Assembly (NCBI GenBank): GCA_033764955.1
Contig: JANRIL010000006.1
Span: 49,710 to 113,709, forward strand
Source of the DNA: Cyanobacteriota bacterium
GTDB lineage: Bacteria; Cyanobacteriota; Cyanobacteriia; Thermostichales; Thermostichaceae
Length of the DNA stretch: 64,000 nucleotides
Reading direction: 5' to 3'
Each line of letters starts with the position of its first letter. Within the stretch, counting starts at the first letter, position 1. Of the stretch, positions 10,008 to 21,668 are shown piece after piece. A model generated the notes under the pieces. The model was given only the letters and a program-made list of their open reading frames with translations. It ran no database searches and was not told the DNA's origin. Position numbers and translations under genes: made by a program.

Positions 10008-10784
10008 ATGCTGTTGTTGTCCAAAAATGCCCTTGTCTTTGCGGCTAGCGGAGCAATTGGGGGAGAGGTTGCCCGTCAATTTGCGAAAGAGGGGGCACAG
10101 GTTTGGCTTTCGGGCAGAAACGCGGTCGCATTGAGCAGTTTACAAAAGCAGATTGAGGCGACGGGGGGAACCGCTCATGTCGAACTTGTTGATGCCACCG
10201 ATGCCTCCGCCGTGATCGCCTACGTCAAGCGGGTTACTCAAATGGCAGGATCGATTGATGTAGTTTTCAACGGCATTGGTGGCAGACCTAGCGATTTGGG
10301 CTACCCCAGTTCTTCGTTGGGTTTAGATGTGGAGCAATTTTTTAAGCCCCTCCGCTTGATTGTGGGATCCACTTTCCTGACCTCACAAGCGGTTGCTCAG
10401 CAGATGATCCAGCAGGGGAGCGGCGCGATTGTGACCTTATCTGCCACTCTCACGGGCATGACCGCTCCCCATATGGCTAGCATCACCGCCACCTGCGGCG
10501 CGATTGAAGCCATGACCCGTTCGCTAGCCGGAGAATTTGGCAGATCAGGAGTAAGGGTGAACTGTGTCAGGGGATCCGCAATGCCCGAAACCCGCACTAT
10601 TCAAGAAACGATGGCCGGTCAACAGCAACTTATGGGATCCCTGCCCACGATGGAGTTACCCCCCTTAGGTCGCCCCATTTCCGTCGGAGAAACCGCCGCC
10701 ACCGTAGCTTTTCTGGCCTCAGATCGCGCGAGTGGCATGACCGGACAAGTGGTTACGGTTTGTGCGGGAGCGTTTGTGGGCTAG
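10008..10784 (+). CDS. SDR family oxidoreductase
   Basis: N-terminal Rossmann ALVFAASGAIG, IDVVFNG, GVRVNCV, terminal GMTGQVVTV. Confidence 0.88.
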   Translation: MLLLSKNALVFAASGAIGGEVARQFAKEGAQVWLSGRNAVALSSLQKQIEATGGTAHVELVDATDASAVIAYVKRVTQMAGSIDVVFNGIGGRPSDLGYPSSSLGLDVEQFFKPLRLIVGSTFLTSQAVAQQMIQQGSGAIVTLSATLTGMTAPHMASITATCGAIEAMTRSLAGEFGRSGVRVNCVRGSAMPETRTIQETMAGQQQLMGSLPTMELPPLGRPISVGETAATVAFLASDRASGMTGQVVTVCAGAFVG

Positions 10785-10829
10785 GGAATTTAGCCTGAGT
10801 TTGATGGGGTAAGAACAAATCCAATCTTT

Positions 10830-10854
10830 TCAACCCTTTTCTAGAGGGGGTTGA
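10830..10854. terminator. hairpin between convergent SDR and ATP synthase gamma genes
   Basis: TCAACCCTTT-tcta-GAGGGGGTTGA imperfect inverted repeat. Confidence 0.5.
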
Positions 10855-10943
10855 CCAGAGTGGAGCCTTGCAAAAAAATGGTTCAGTAGGATAAACAGGT
10901 TGCTACCGCTTGATCCGGATCCCATAACAGGATCTAAGGTGTA

Positions 10944-11888
10944 TTAGAGAGCTTCCGATCCGCCCACAACCTCCAAAATCTCCTGGGTGATAGCCGCCTG
11001 CCGCGCCTTGTTATAGGAGAGTCCTAGTTTTTTGATCAAATCGCTGGCGTTATCACTGGCATTATTCATCGCTGTCATGCGAGAGGCCAATTCGCTAGCT
11101 GCCGACTCCTGGAGAGCACGCAACAGTTGGTTATTCAAATAGAGGGGCAAAAGGGCATCCAAAATTTGGACGGGATCCTGCTCAAAGATCATGTCCTGCG
11201 GGGGAGCTGTCAGTTGGGCGGTCACCTTGCTGCGCTCCACCGTGAAATCTCCCCCTTTCACCAGTAGCCTGAAAACTTCATCCTCGGCGGACGAAAGCTG
11301 GGTGACGTTGAGGGGTAACAAACTTTGAATGGTGGGGCGAGAACTGATCAAGGAGACAAATCGAGTATAGATAAGCTCAACTTTATCAATAGACTCGGAA
11401 AGAAAAGCTGACAATAAAAAGTCCCCAACAGTTGCCGCTTCAGCAGCGGTGGGAATTTGTTCCAAATTCATGAAAGATTTGGCAATCGGAGCCTGCCGTC
11501 GTTGAAAATATTGGTTCGCTTTCCGACCCACCAAAATATATTCGTATTCAATTCCCGCCTGTTGCAACTCACGAGAGCGCTCTTCTGCTTTTTTGATCAC
11601 ATTGGAGTTATAACCTCCACACAAACCGCGATCCCCAGAAATCACCAAAAGACCTACCTTTTTCACCTCCCGATTTTGCAGGAGGGGCAAGTTGATATCT
11701 TCGAGTTTGAGACGAGTTTGCAAGCGAAAAAAGACTTGAGCCAAGCGATCCGCAAAAGGACGGGTGGCATTCACCTGTTCTTGGGCACGCCGTACCCGTG
11801 CCGCGGCTACCAAGCGCATCGCTTCGGTAATTTTGCGGGTGTTTTTGACGGATTTGATCCGGTCGCGGATCCCTTTCAGATTAGCCAT
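10944..11888 (-). CDS. atpG: ATP synthase F1 subunit gamma (atpC in cyanobacterial naming)
   Basis: [37 protein letters not shown]. Confidence 0.97.
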   Translation of the reverse strand: MANLKGIRDRIKSVKNTRKITEAMRLVAAARVRRAQEQVNATRPFADRLAQVFFRLQTRLKLEDINLPLLQNREVKKVGLLVISGDRGLCGGYNSNVIKKAEERSRELQQAGIEYEYILVGRKANQYFQRRQAPIAKSFMNLEQIPTAAEAATVGDFLLSAFLSESIDKVELIYTRFVSLISSRPTIQSLLPLNVTQLSSAEDEVFRLLVKGGDFTVERSKVTAQLTAPPQDMIFEQDPVQILDALLPLYLNNQLLRALQESAASELASRMTAMNNASDNASDLIKKLGLSYNKARQAAITQEILEVVGGSEAL

Positions 11889-11987
11889 AGATGGTGTCCT
11901 GTCAGACTGAAATTACGGATCTGGCTTGAGGTTGGGGGGAAGTCAGCATTCCCCCCATTGAGAGCATCAAAGGCAAGCCTTCCACGG

Positions 11988-13532
<1,545 letters not shown>

Positions 13533-13547
13533 TCAATCGGTTCGGGA

Positions 13548-14096
13548 TCACGCTAACTGTAATGCCAGACGGCGCAGTTGCCCACGCAAGCTGAGATCCA
13601 TCACCTGGGATCCCACTTTGATAATTACCCCTCCAATCAGGCTGCTATCCACATAGCTTTGCAGTTCGACACTACTGACTTGACTAAACTGCATAACCCG
13701 ATCACGAATCGCCTGCTTGTGGACATCCGTCAACTCAATGGCCGAGGTCACTTCCGCCAGAGCCACTCGCTGTAGCTTGCGCTGGAGTTCGAGAAATCGT
13801 TGACAAACCGCCGTGATAAACATGATGCGTCGTCGATCCGTCAATAGCTTAAAGGTGTTAAGGATCAAGGGATGGATTTGATCCTGCAACACGCTTTCCA
13901 AGAGCTGCTTCTTGGCTTCTACCTTGATAATCGGGCTAGCCAAAAATTGTCCCAACTCCGGTGCCGCCTCTAACGCCGCCACGACAAAGCGAATGTCGGC
14001 GGCAAACGAATCGACCAGGTTGTGGGCGGAAGCCAACGCCAACAATGCCTCGGCATAGGGATCCGCGATTTGCTGCGCCATTGCACCTGCTGCCAT
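13548..14096 (-). CDS. atpH: ATP synthase F1 subunit delta (atpD in cyanobacterial naming)
   Basis: PYAEAL, SLIGGVIIKVGSQVMDLSLRGQL; operon position. Confidence 0.95.
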   Translation of the reverse strand: MAAGAMAQQIADPYAEALLALASAHNLVDSFAADIRFVVAALEAAPELGQFLASPIIKVEAKKQLLESVLQDQIHPLILNTFKLLTDRRRIMFITAVCQRFLELQRKLQRVALAEVTSAIELTDVHKQAIRDRVMQFSQVSSVELQSYVDSSLIGGVIIKVGSQVMDLSLRGQLRRLALQLA

Positions 14097-14097
14097 G

Positions 14098-14682
14098 TTA
14101 TCGCTGTCCTCCTAACTGCTGAATGCCTTGCTCAATCAGGGATCCCTGAATGGATTCGCTGACTCGTTGCGGGAGTTCTGCCTCCACTTGCGCCAGAGCA
14201 CGCAGGGCAATTTGCCGCCGCAATTCCTGAATGACCCGCTCCCGCTCGGTGGAAGCATCTTTCTCGGCGTTGGCTCGCATCCGCTCGATATCCCGCTCCG
14301 CTTGGGCAATCAACTCAGCCCGCAGCTTTTCGGCGTTAGCTTCCGCTTGCTGCTTGATGCGTTCCGCTTCCTGTTGAGCCTGGGCTAGCTTCTGCTGTTG
14401 ATCCGCCAATGCTTCCAAAGCAGTCTGTTTCTTTTGTTCCGCTTGCTCTAGTTCCGCTACAATCGCGGCTTTGCGTTTCGCCAACGCTTCTCCAATCACA
14501 TTGCGACCTAGGTAGATCAACAGCCCCAAAATGATGGCAATGTTAATCAGGTTGCTTCCCAAAATATCCGAACTGAAGCCAAACCCTGCCTCTTCAGCTT
14601 CTTCTAGTTCTTCTGCCAAATCGACGGCCTCCGCCGCCATCGGCATTATCCATAAGGGCATCACGCCTAGCAGTTGGATCAT
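14098..14682 (-). CDS. atpF: ATP synthase F0 subunit b
   Basis: [19 protein letters not shown] followed by coiled coil; operon position. Start may be 14640. Confidence 0.93.
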   Translation of the reverse strand: MIQLLGVMPLWIMPMAAEAVDLAEELEEAEEAGFGFSSDILGSNLINIAIILGLLIYLGRNVIGEALAKRKAAIVAELEQAEQKKQTALEALADQQQKLAQAQQEAERIKQQAEANAEKLRAELIAQAERDIERMRANAEKDASTERERVIQELRRQIALRALAQVEAELPQRVSESIQGSLIEQGIQQLGGQR

Positions 14683-14691
14683 GACTTTCTC

Positions 14692-15177
14692 CTATCCCAT
14701 GTGAGCGGATACACCCAAAAGTTTCTGGGTGATTTGTTGGCTAAGAATGCCGATTTGTCCCTCAAGTTCTTGCAGGGCAGCTTGTTTTTCCTGCTCAATG
14801 GTTAAGCGAGCAGATTCCAGTTTGGCCTGAATCTCCGCTTGCACCTCGGCAACTTTTTGGGCACGGATTTTGAGAGCGGCGGCTTCGGCGTCGCCAATCA
14901 CCTGCTGAGCTTTTTGGCGAGCCTGGGTGATGGCCTCTTGATATTGCTGAGCCGTGGCTTTGGCCTTCTCCGTCCGCTCACGGGCTTCCGCTAGGGTAGT
15001 GCGAATAAAATCCTGACGGCTATCGATAGCTTCCCCAACAGGCTTATAGAAAATTGCATTGAGAACAGCCACCAAGATCAAAAACTGGATAGCCATAAAC
15101 GGCAGAGTGGCATCGAGATCAAATAGCCCTCCTTTTTCGGCTGACTCCGCAGCAAAAAGCAATGTCGAGTGAAACAT
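14692..15177 (-). CDS. atpF2: ATP synthase F0 subunit b' (atpG in cyanobacterial naming)
   Basis: GGLFDLDATLPFMAIQFLIL signature. ATG 15177 preferred. Confidence 0.92.
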   Translation of the reverse strand: MFHSTLLFAAESAEKGGLFDLDATLPFMAIQFLILVAVLNAIFYKPVGEAIDSRQDFIRTTLAEARERTEKAKATAQQYQEAITQARQKAQQVIGDAEAAALKIRAQKVAEVQAEIQAKLESARLTIEQEKQAALQELEGQIGILSQQITQKLLGVSAHMG

Positions 15178-15256
15178 AGTGAAATCACATTTAAGGTGGA
15201 GAGATGGAAGATGGCGATCCATCACAGGTAAACACAAACATTTCATCACAGAAGAA

Positions 15257-15286
15257 GGATAGGTAAGCCCAAAAACTTACCCATCC
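15257..15286 (-). other. stem-loop just downstream of the c-subunit gene
   Basis: GGATAGGTAAG...CTTACCCATCC inverted repeat; probable mRNA stabiliser or partial terminator. Confidence 0.45.
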
Positions 15287-15302
15287 TCCGCCCCAAGAGT
15301 GA

Positions 15303-15629
<327 letters not shown>

Positions 15630-15719
15630 TCACCCATTGTTAGCCGCCAGGGAAAATCATCAGAAATGGCTTCTCTGGCTCTAACAAAGCTTTTGACAGC
15701 ACCCTCCCACATTCACAAC

Positions 15720-16484
15720 TTAGTCGTGGTCGTGGTGTTCACCGCCGCCATGCCCTTCCAGGGCTTCTCCGATATAGGCAGCAGAGAGGGTGGAGAAAAT
15801 CAAGGCCTGAATAGCTCCTGTAAAAAGGAACAAAATCATCACGGATACAGGCACAAAAAGCGGAACCAAGAGCACCAAGACAGCAATCACCAGTTCTTCC
15901 GCCAAGATGTTGCCAAACAAACGGAAACTGAGGGAAAGCGGCTTGGTGAAATCTTCTAGAACATTAATGGGCAACAAAATTGGGGTCGGCTCAATATATT
16001 TCTTGAAGTAGGCCAGTCCCCGCTTGCTCAATCCGGCAAAAAAATAGACCAAGCTGGTCAAAAGTGCCAGAGCAGCCGTGGTGTTGATGTCATTAGTGGG
16101 AGAGGCCAATTCCCCACTGGGTAACTCGATCAGTTTCCAAGGGAAAAGATTCCCCATCCAATTGCTGACAAAAATGAATAGGAATAGCGTGCCCACATAG
16201 GGAACCCAACGACGGTATTCCTTTTCCCCAATCTGAGCCTTGGCAATCCCCTGCACAAACTCCAGCGCATATTCAACAAAGTTTTGCATACCCGACGGAA
16301 CCCGTTGCAGTTGACGAGTGCCCGTTATTACCATCAGCAAAATGAGGCCAATAGCAATCCAACTGGTGATCAAAACTTGACCATGCACAGTCAACTTCCC
16401 GATGTGCCAGTAGAGATGATGACCTACGGCCAATTCGGCAAAGAAGGGGGAGGAACTCGTCAGAAAGGAGAAAGATCCATTCAT
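15720..16484 (-). CDS. atpB: ATP synthase F0 subunit a (atpI in cyanobacterial naming)
   Basis: [32 protein letters not shown]. Confidence 0.97.
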   Translation of the reverse strand: MNGSFSFLTSSSPFFAELAVGHHLYWHIGKLTVHGQVLITSWIAIGLILLMVITGTRQLQRVPSGMQNFVEYALEFVQGIAKAQIGEKEYRRWVPYVGTLFLFIFVSNWMGNLFPWKLIELPSGELASPTNDINTTAALALLTSLVYFFAGLSKRGLAYFKKYIEPTPILLPINVLEDFTKPLSLSFRLFGNILAEELVIAVLVLLVPLFVPVSVMILFLFTGAIQALIFSTLSAAYIGEALEGHGGGEHHDHD

Positions 16485-16948
16485 TAGGACGGCCTAGAAC
16501 GAGAAGAACGAAATAAAGTCTGGAATAGATAGATCAGGAGGGTCGCTTTGTAGGTAATAAATCCTAAGAAGACGGGCAGGATCTGCAAGGATTCCAGCTG
16601 GGTTGCCAGGAGAATCAGTCCGACAAAAACCGCAAAGCGCGAGACACCCAATCGAGAACGGGTTTTACCCAGTTGAGCAACACCATGCCCCAACATCCGC
16701 AAATAAATCACTCCACCAATAGCACCCAGTCCATAGTTAGCAGCTACTGACCACGAATAAGCAAAAGCAACACAAAGGGCGATGGCTAGACTCATACCCA
16801 GAGTGGTGAGCATTAACCATTCGTGCAGTCGAGCGTACTCCCCTGAAGGAGGTTGCACTAGCGAAGGAACCTCTTCCGATGGAGCTGACTCCTGAACCGC
16901 AGGAAGGGATCCCAACACTGGGGACTGAGAAGGCTGGTCGGCAGGCAT
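16484..16948 (-). CDS. atp1: ATP synthase protein I (Atp1)
   Basis: Four hydrophobic segments, YLRML and LGFITYKA motifs; first gene of the operon. ATG 16948 preferred. Confidence 0.85.
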   Translation of the reverse strand: MPADQPSQSPVLGSLPAVQESAPSEEVPSLVQPPSGEYARLHEWLMLTTLGMSLAIALCVAFAYSWSVAANYGLGAIGGVIYLRMLGHGVAQLGKTRSRLGVSRFAVFVGLILLATQLESLQILPVFLGFITYKATLLIYLFQTLFRSSRSRPS

Positions 16949-17445
16949 AAATTCAAGGAATGGAGCCAGAAACAAAAGGTAGCCTAATGTCTGACCACCG
17001 CACAGATAGAGAAGAGATGAGGGAAGGAGCAACCTACCCCTACTAACCTCTTTCTATTTTGGCCTGATTTGGCTTAAGCACTGTTACTCAACATAACACT
17101 GCTAGGCAATGGTGCTTAACATAATCGGCAGCTGAGCGGTTGTTGATCGGAGACAGGTCAAGGGATCCCTGGCTGCTCCTTGAACAAAAGCCTTGCTGCA
17201 ATACGACTTTACCACCTTGCGGGATCCGATAACGGCGCAACTTAAAGTTTTCGGAAAATTTCTTGTTGTTGCTATTTGTGTGTGCTAGTCAAGAAGCTGT
17301 TACCACCCTGGGGGCGGGGTTGGGGCTACACTAAAGCCTGAGCATCCGTTTGACCCAGAGTTGCCAGCGCTGTTGTAGTATGTGGGCAAGTTAGCTGTCA
17401 AGATGGATCCTCAAAAGACCCTCGAATACCAGTGTGGGCGGAGTG

Positions 17446-18030
17446 ATGCAGGCAATTCCGGTTTGGCTAGAGCCATTGGTCTGGGTAGATTATCAAACAG
17501 CCGTGGGCTTGACAGTGATCCTGCCTCTCCTGCTGCTGGGGTGGGCTTTTGCCAGAGGGTTGATGCCTCTGATTCAGATGCTCATCATTTATTGGCGGGT
17601 ATCTAGTTTATTGGCGATCACCGTCTATCTGATGATTGGGGCTTTCCCGATTAGTTTTTTGACAGGTCTAGCCGCCAGAGTGTTGATTGTGTTCAGCCTG
17701 TGGTTTTGGGCGGATTTGAGTCGGGAAATCTTGCAGACAAAGGGGTTACTCAGCCTTTGTTTTCGGGTTTGGCGACTCTGGGTGACCGCTTATCTAGGGG
17801 TGGGATCCCTTTTCTCGGCTTGGTTTATTCCCTGCGCTTTTCAACAACCCCTCTCCGAAACCTGTCAGGTTTGGTTTGAACCGCCGTTAGCTTTTCGGGA
17901 GATCATTCATCCCAACATCGCCAGAGAAACATTAGGACTGGTGGGGCTGATCGGGTTAACAGCTTACGGGCTCTACAGCATGGTTTTCTTATGGCGGTTG
18001 AATCGGCAATCGGTCACCCCTACCCTCTAA
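17446..18030 (+). CDS. DUF3177-family membrane protein
   Basis: LVWVDY, IYWRVSSLLAITVYLMI, SLWFW motifs. Confidence 0.8.
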   Translation: MQAIPVWLEPLVWVDYQTAVGLTVILPLLLLGWAFARGLMPLIQMLIIYWRVSSLLAITVYLMIGAFPISFLTGLAARVLIVFSLWFWADLSREILQTKGLLSLCFRVWRLWVTAYLGVGSLFSAWFIPCAFQQPLSETCQVWFEPPLAFREIIHPNIARETLGLVGLIGLTAYGLYSMVFLWRLNRQSVTPTL

Positions 18031-18080
18031 CCCATCTCTCGTTTGCAGGCGGGAGAGATCGTTAAGGAGGAGAATGAGTA

Positions 18081-18374
18081 ATGCTTAACGAGTGGCCGCA
18101 GGCACTAGAACGCTATAGCCAAAAGCATCCCCGTGAAGTGCTGCGGGTGGAGGTGGAGAGTGGGGGATCCCGCGATGTGGTGATTATCTACCGTGGGTTT
18201 AGCAGTTCCCTGATGCGAGCCACCCCTAAGGATCCCAATCAGCCCGTTATTCCCGCCCACGCCCAGTTGCTCCGCTTGGATCGCCTAGAAGCTCCTTGGG
18301 ATCCCGATCATCCCCAGATCATTCAAGCTAACTTAGATTGGCTAACTATCCAGGAGTTAACAGAGGAAGGCTAG
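18081..18374 (+). CDS. conserved cyanobacterial hypothetical protein
   Basis: LERYS..HPREVL, IYRGFSSSLM..T..DP; strong AAGGAGGAG SD. Confidence 0.82.
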   Translation: MLNEWPQALERYSQKHPREVLRVEVESGGSRDVVIIYRGFSSSLMRATPKDPNQPVIPAHAQLLRLDRLEAPWDPDHPQIIQANLDWLTIQELTEEG

Positions 18375-18434
18375 CAGCCAAACTGGGTTAACCACAACCC
18401 ACCCCCTCATCAACACCATTTTCAAACAACCAAA

Positions 18435-20030
18435 CTATAGTCCCGCCGAGACAGGGCTACGGGTCATTTGTACTTGATATTGAGCAGGTTGCAGCAGGGA
18501 ACGCCCACTCATTTCAATGGGTTGAGGAAGTTGCAGGATTTCTAGAATGGTGGGAGCCACATCCGCCAATCCCCCATCAGAGCGCAACTTAACATCAGCC
18601 CCCTGTCCGGCAATTTTGCGTCCCTCTCCCTCCACCACAATCAAAGGAACGGGGTTGGTGGTGTGAGCTGTCCAGGGGTTGTGGTCTTGATCCCACATCA
18701 TTTCGGCATTGCCGTGATCCGCCAGAATGAGGGTAGTTCCCCCTGCCGCCACCACTGCCGTCAACAGCCGCCCCACACATTCATCCACCACCTCCAGGGC
18801 TTGCACTGTCGCCTCATAGTTACCGGTGTGCCCCACCATGTCGGGGTTGGCATAGTTGATGACAACTAGGCTATATTCGCGGCGAGCCAAAGCTTGCACG
18901 GCTTTGTCCGTCACCTCAGCCGCCGACATGGCCGGAGCTTGATCATAGGTGGAAACAAAAGGACTTTGCACCAGTTCCCGATCTTCCCCCGGATAGGGCT
19001 GCTCAATCCCTCCATTGAAAAAATAGGTGACATGGGCATATTTCTCTGTCTCCGCCAAACGCAGTTGCTTGAGACCGTGCTCACTCACCACTTGCCCCAG
19101 CAGGTGATCGAGATTTTGGGGTTTGAACAAGACAGGCACCGCCAGCTCGGAGTCATATTGAGTCATGGTTAAAAAGTCAAGACTTGGGATCCTTTCTCGG
19201 TCAAATCCGGCGAAATTAGGATCCACAAAAGCTTGAGTGAGCTGACGTGCTCGATCCGGTCGAAAGTTAAAAAACAGTACCGCATCTCCTGCTTCCACCG
19301 CCCCAGGAGCCAGACGAATCGGGGGTAAAAATTCATCACTCAAGTTTTGGGCATAGGCCGCCTGCAACACTTCTACAGCGGTGCGCCCATCTCCTACCCC
19401 GTCCTGGGTCATGACATCGTACATTTTTTGCAGGCGATCCCAGCGTTTATCCCGATCCATCGCAAAATAGCGGCCACCCACGGTGGCAATCACACCAAAG
19501 CCCAGCAGGTCAATCTTTTCCTGCAACTGAGCTAGGGTTCTCGCCCCATCGCGGGGGAGGGTATCTCGCCCATCCGTAATCGCATGAATGTAAGTGGGGA
19601 TATCCCAGTCGGCGGCAATTTTCAGCAGGCCGTAGAGGTGTTCAATATGAGAATGCACTCCGCCTTCCGAACACAATCCCACCAAATGGAGGCGACCCTG
19701 CCGTTGCTTGAGGCTAGCCAACCCCTGCTTGAGGGTAGAATTTTCCGCCAGGGATCCGTCCTCGACAGCATCACTGATCCGCACCAATTCTTGAGGGACT
19801 ATCCGTCCCGATCCGAGGGTCAAGTGACCCACTTCCGAGTTTCCCATTTGATCGGCAGGCAAGCCCACCGCGCGTCCAGAGGCTTGCAGCAGGGTATGGG
19901 GATAGGCAGACCAGAGACTATCTAACACCGGGGTTTTGGCTCCCAATACCGCATTGCCATCGATTGCATCCCGGTATCCCCAACCATCCAAAATCACCAA
20001 AACTACAGGGGCAACAGGTTGTGCACTCAT
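18435..20030 (-). CDS. gpmI: 2,3-bisphosphoglycerate-independent phosphoglycerate mutase
   Basis: ILDGWG, QMGNSEVGH, AETEKYAHVT, DMVGHTG, ADHGNAE. Confidence 0.97.
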   Translation of the reverse strand: MSAQPVAPVVLVILDGWGYRDAIDGNAVLGAKTPVLDSLWSAYPHTLLQASGRAVGLPADQMGNSEVGHLTLGSGRIVPQELVRISDAVEDGSLAENSTLKQGLASLKQRQGRLHLVGLCSEGGVHSHIEHLYGLLKIAADWDIPTYIHAITDGRDTLPRDGARTLAQLQEKIDLLGFGVIATVGGRYFAMDRDKRWDRLQKMYDVMTQDGVGDGRTAVEVLQAAYAQNLSDEFLPPIRLAPGAVEAGDAVLFFNFRPDRARQLTQAFVDPNFAGFDRERIPSLDFLTMTQYDSELAVPVLFKPQNLDHLLGQVVSEHGLKQLRLAETEKYAHVTYFFNGGIEQPYPGEDRELVQSPFVSTYDQAPAMSAAEVTDKAVQALARREYSLVVINYANPDMVGHTGNYEATVQALEVVDECVGRLLTAVVAAGGTTLILADHGNAEMMWDQDHNPWTAHTTNPVPLIVVEGEGRKIAGQGADVKLRSDGGLADVAPTILEILQLPQPIEMSGRSLLQPAQYQVQMTRSPVSAGL

Positions 20031-20434
20031 TTAACAGCCTCTCGCTTGAGTTCTCGTCATCATACCAAGCTCAGTCAATACAGTAGCGGATCCCTAAGCT
20101 TTGCTCCAAATTTTTGCCAAACGAATGTATGGGGCAACCCATCAGAACATCCTCTTTACCTGAGGAGATTAAGCCCGTTATGGCGGCTATCGGCAGGTAA
20201 ATAGTTGATTTTTGTGGGTAGGGATGGTGTTGGCGAAACCCAACAATTTTGTTGAGAAGATCCGAGAAATAGCGTAGTTCTTCAGCAGGATTACGGAGGG
20301 ATCCCTAGGGAGGATGACCAATTCTTCTGAAGGACGCGATTCAGCGCAGACAGAATCAGCGATACGGCGGAACAATAAATGGGGGATTCTGGCGACACTG
20401 CTAATAGCAGAGTTGATTAAACGAGGTTGTCGCC

Positions 20435-20737
20435 ATGACCATTCAGCAAATCATTCAGACCGCCCTGATGACGGGTCTGTTGACCTCTGCTCAAGAGCAT
20501 GAACTGAATGTTTTGTTGTTCAAAGATGAGTGTACAGCTTCAGATATGTTTCTCCTGAGTCGGCTAAATCGCTCACTTTTGAAGGGAAGCGTGGTGCAGG
20601 TGGATCGGGTTGATGTGGTTGCCATCGGTAACTTTGGTGGATCCCGCCTGCGTCTTTTACCCACACTGGTATCGGGTGCTCATGCCGGAGCCTCTGATAC
20701 TGATGGCGTACTTCAATTGGATCCAAAAGTCAGCTAA
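20435..20737 (+). CDS. small hypothetical protein
   Basis: GAGG SD plus ATG. IQQIIQTAL.TGLLT..QE N-terminus resembles a small cyanobacterial family. Confidence 0.65.
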   Translation: MTIQQIIQTALMTGLLTSAQEHELNVLLFKDECTASDMFLLSRLNRSLLKGSVVQVDRVDVVAIGNFGGSRLRLLPTLVSGAHAGASDTDGVLQLDPKVS

Positions 20738-20885
20738 TGGGTTTGTGGAGCCGAGGGGGGATGGTCGGAATCGCTTCGCTACCGTTTATGAAAACCGCTA
20801 TATTAAAAATGTCTTTTCCTCCTCGATTAGCGAGAGTTTTCTAGCTAGGGATCCCTCTGGGTCGAGGCAGTTTCCCAATACCCCA

Positions 20886-21365
20886 ATGGCAAGCAAACCT
20901 TTTTTTCAATGGTTGCAACCGGATATTAAGGTGGAGGGAACCATCTTGAGCCTGACGGCGGCGATGTTGAGCCAACGAGGGATCCGCGGCATTATTTTTG
21001 ATGTGGATGACACCCTAGTTCCCCTGCTCAAGCACGAGGCTTCTCAAGAGGTGAAGACGTGGATAGCAGGATTGCCGTCCTCTTGGCAACTGTGGCTGGT
21101 CAGCAACAATATGAGTCGCAGGCGGATTGCCCAGATTGCCGAAGGGTTTGGGTTGCCCCACATTCATCGGGCGGGCAAACCCTCGCGGCGTGCCCTGCGG
21201 AAAGCCTTGCACAACATGCAACTCCCCGTCGAGCAGGTGGCTATTGTCGGGGATCGACGCCTAACCGATATTTTGGCGGGCAACCGTCTGGGCTTGTTAA
21301 CCGTGCTGGTGGATCCCCTCACCTGCCGCTCCAAAGATCCCACCCATTCCGTCTGGCAATCATGA
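20886..21365 (+). CDS. YqeG-family HAD IIIA-type phosphatase
   Basis: IFDVDDTL, LVSNN, AGKP, VGDRRLTDILAGNRLG. ATG 20886 preferred over 20610. Confidence 0.9.
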   Translation: MASKPFFQWLQPDIKVEGTILSLTAAMLSQRGIRGIIFDVDDTLVPLLKHEASQEVKTWIAGLPSSWQLWLVSNNMSRRRIAQIAEGFGLPHIHRAGKPSRRALRKALHNMQLPVEQVAIVGDRRLTDILAGNRLGLLTVLVDPLTCRSKDPTHSVWQS

Positions 21366-21668
21366 CCCAGATGAAGAGGGATCCCTCACGATAGGCTCAT
21401 GCTCAAGCATCACAGTCAATGCCGGATGGCGCGTGGAAGTGCGGGTTATCTTGGTAACCACCTTGGCGGATGAAAACGCAACACACAAAAGTTAACTTCC
21501 AATAAAGCCCTACTTAATGCGGAGACAACCTCAGCGATCCGGCGGAGGAGGGGGGAACCCCCGGTTGAGTAAGCTTACTGAAGGTAAAGTCTGTGTAAAT
21601 TTTCCCAAGATTTACCCCATTGGTTGGTTTTGAGAGGCATCGTATAATTACTCTATTCCCTCGTAACA

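Noticed and set aside
20610..20885. N-terminal extension of the YqeG phosphatase
   Set aside because: It overlaps the upstream ORF; family similarity begins near ATG 20886.
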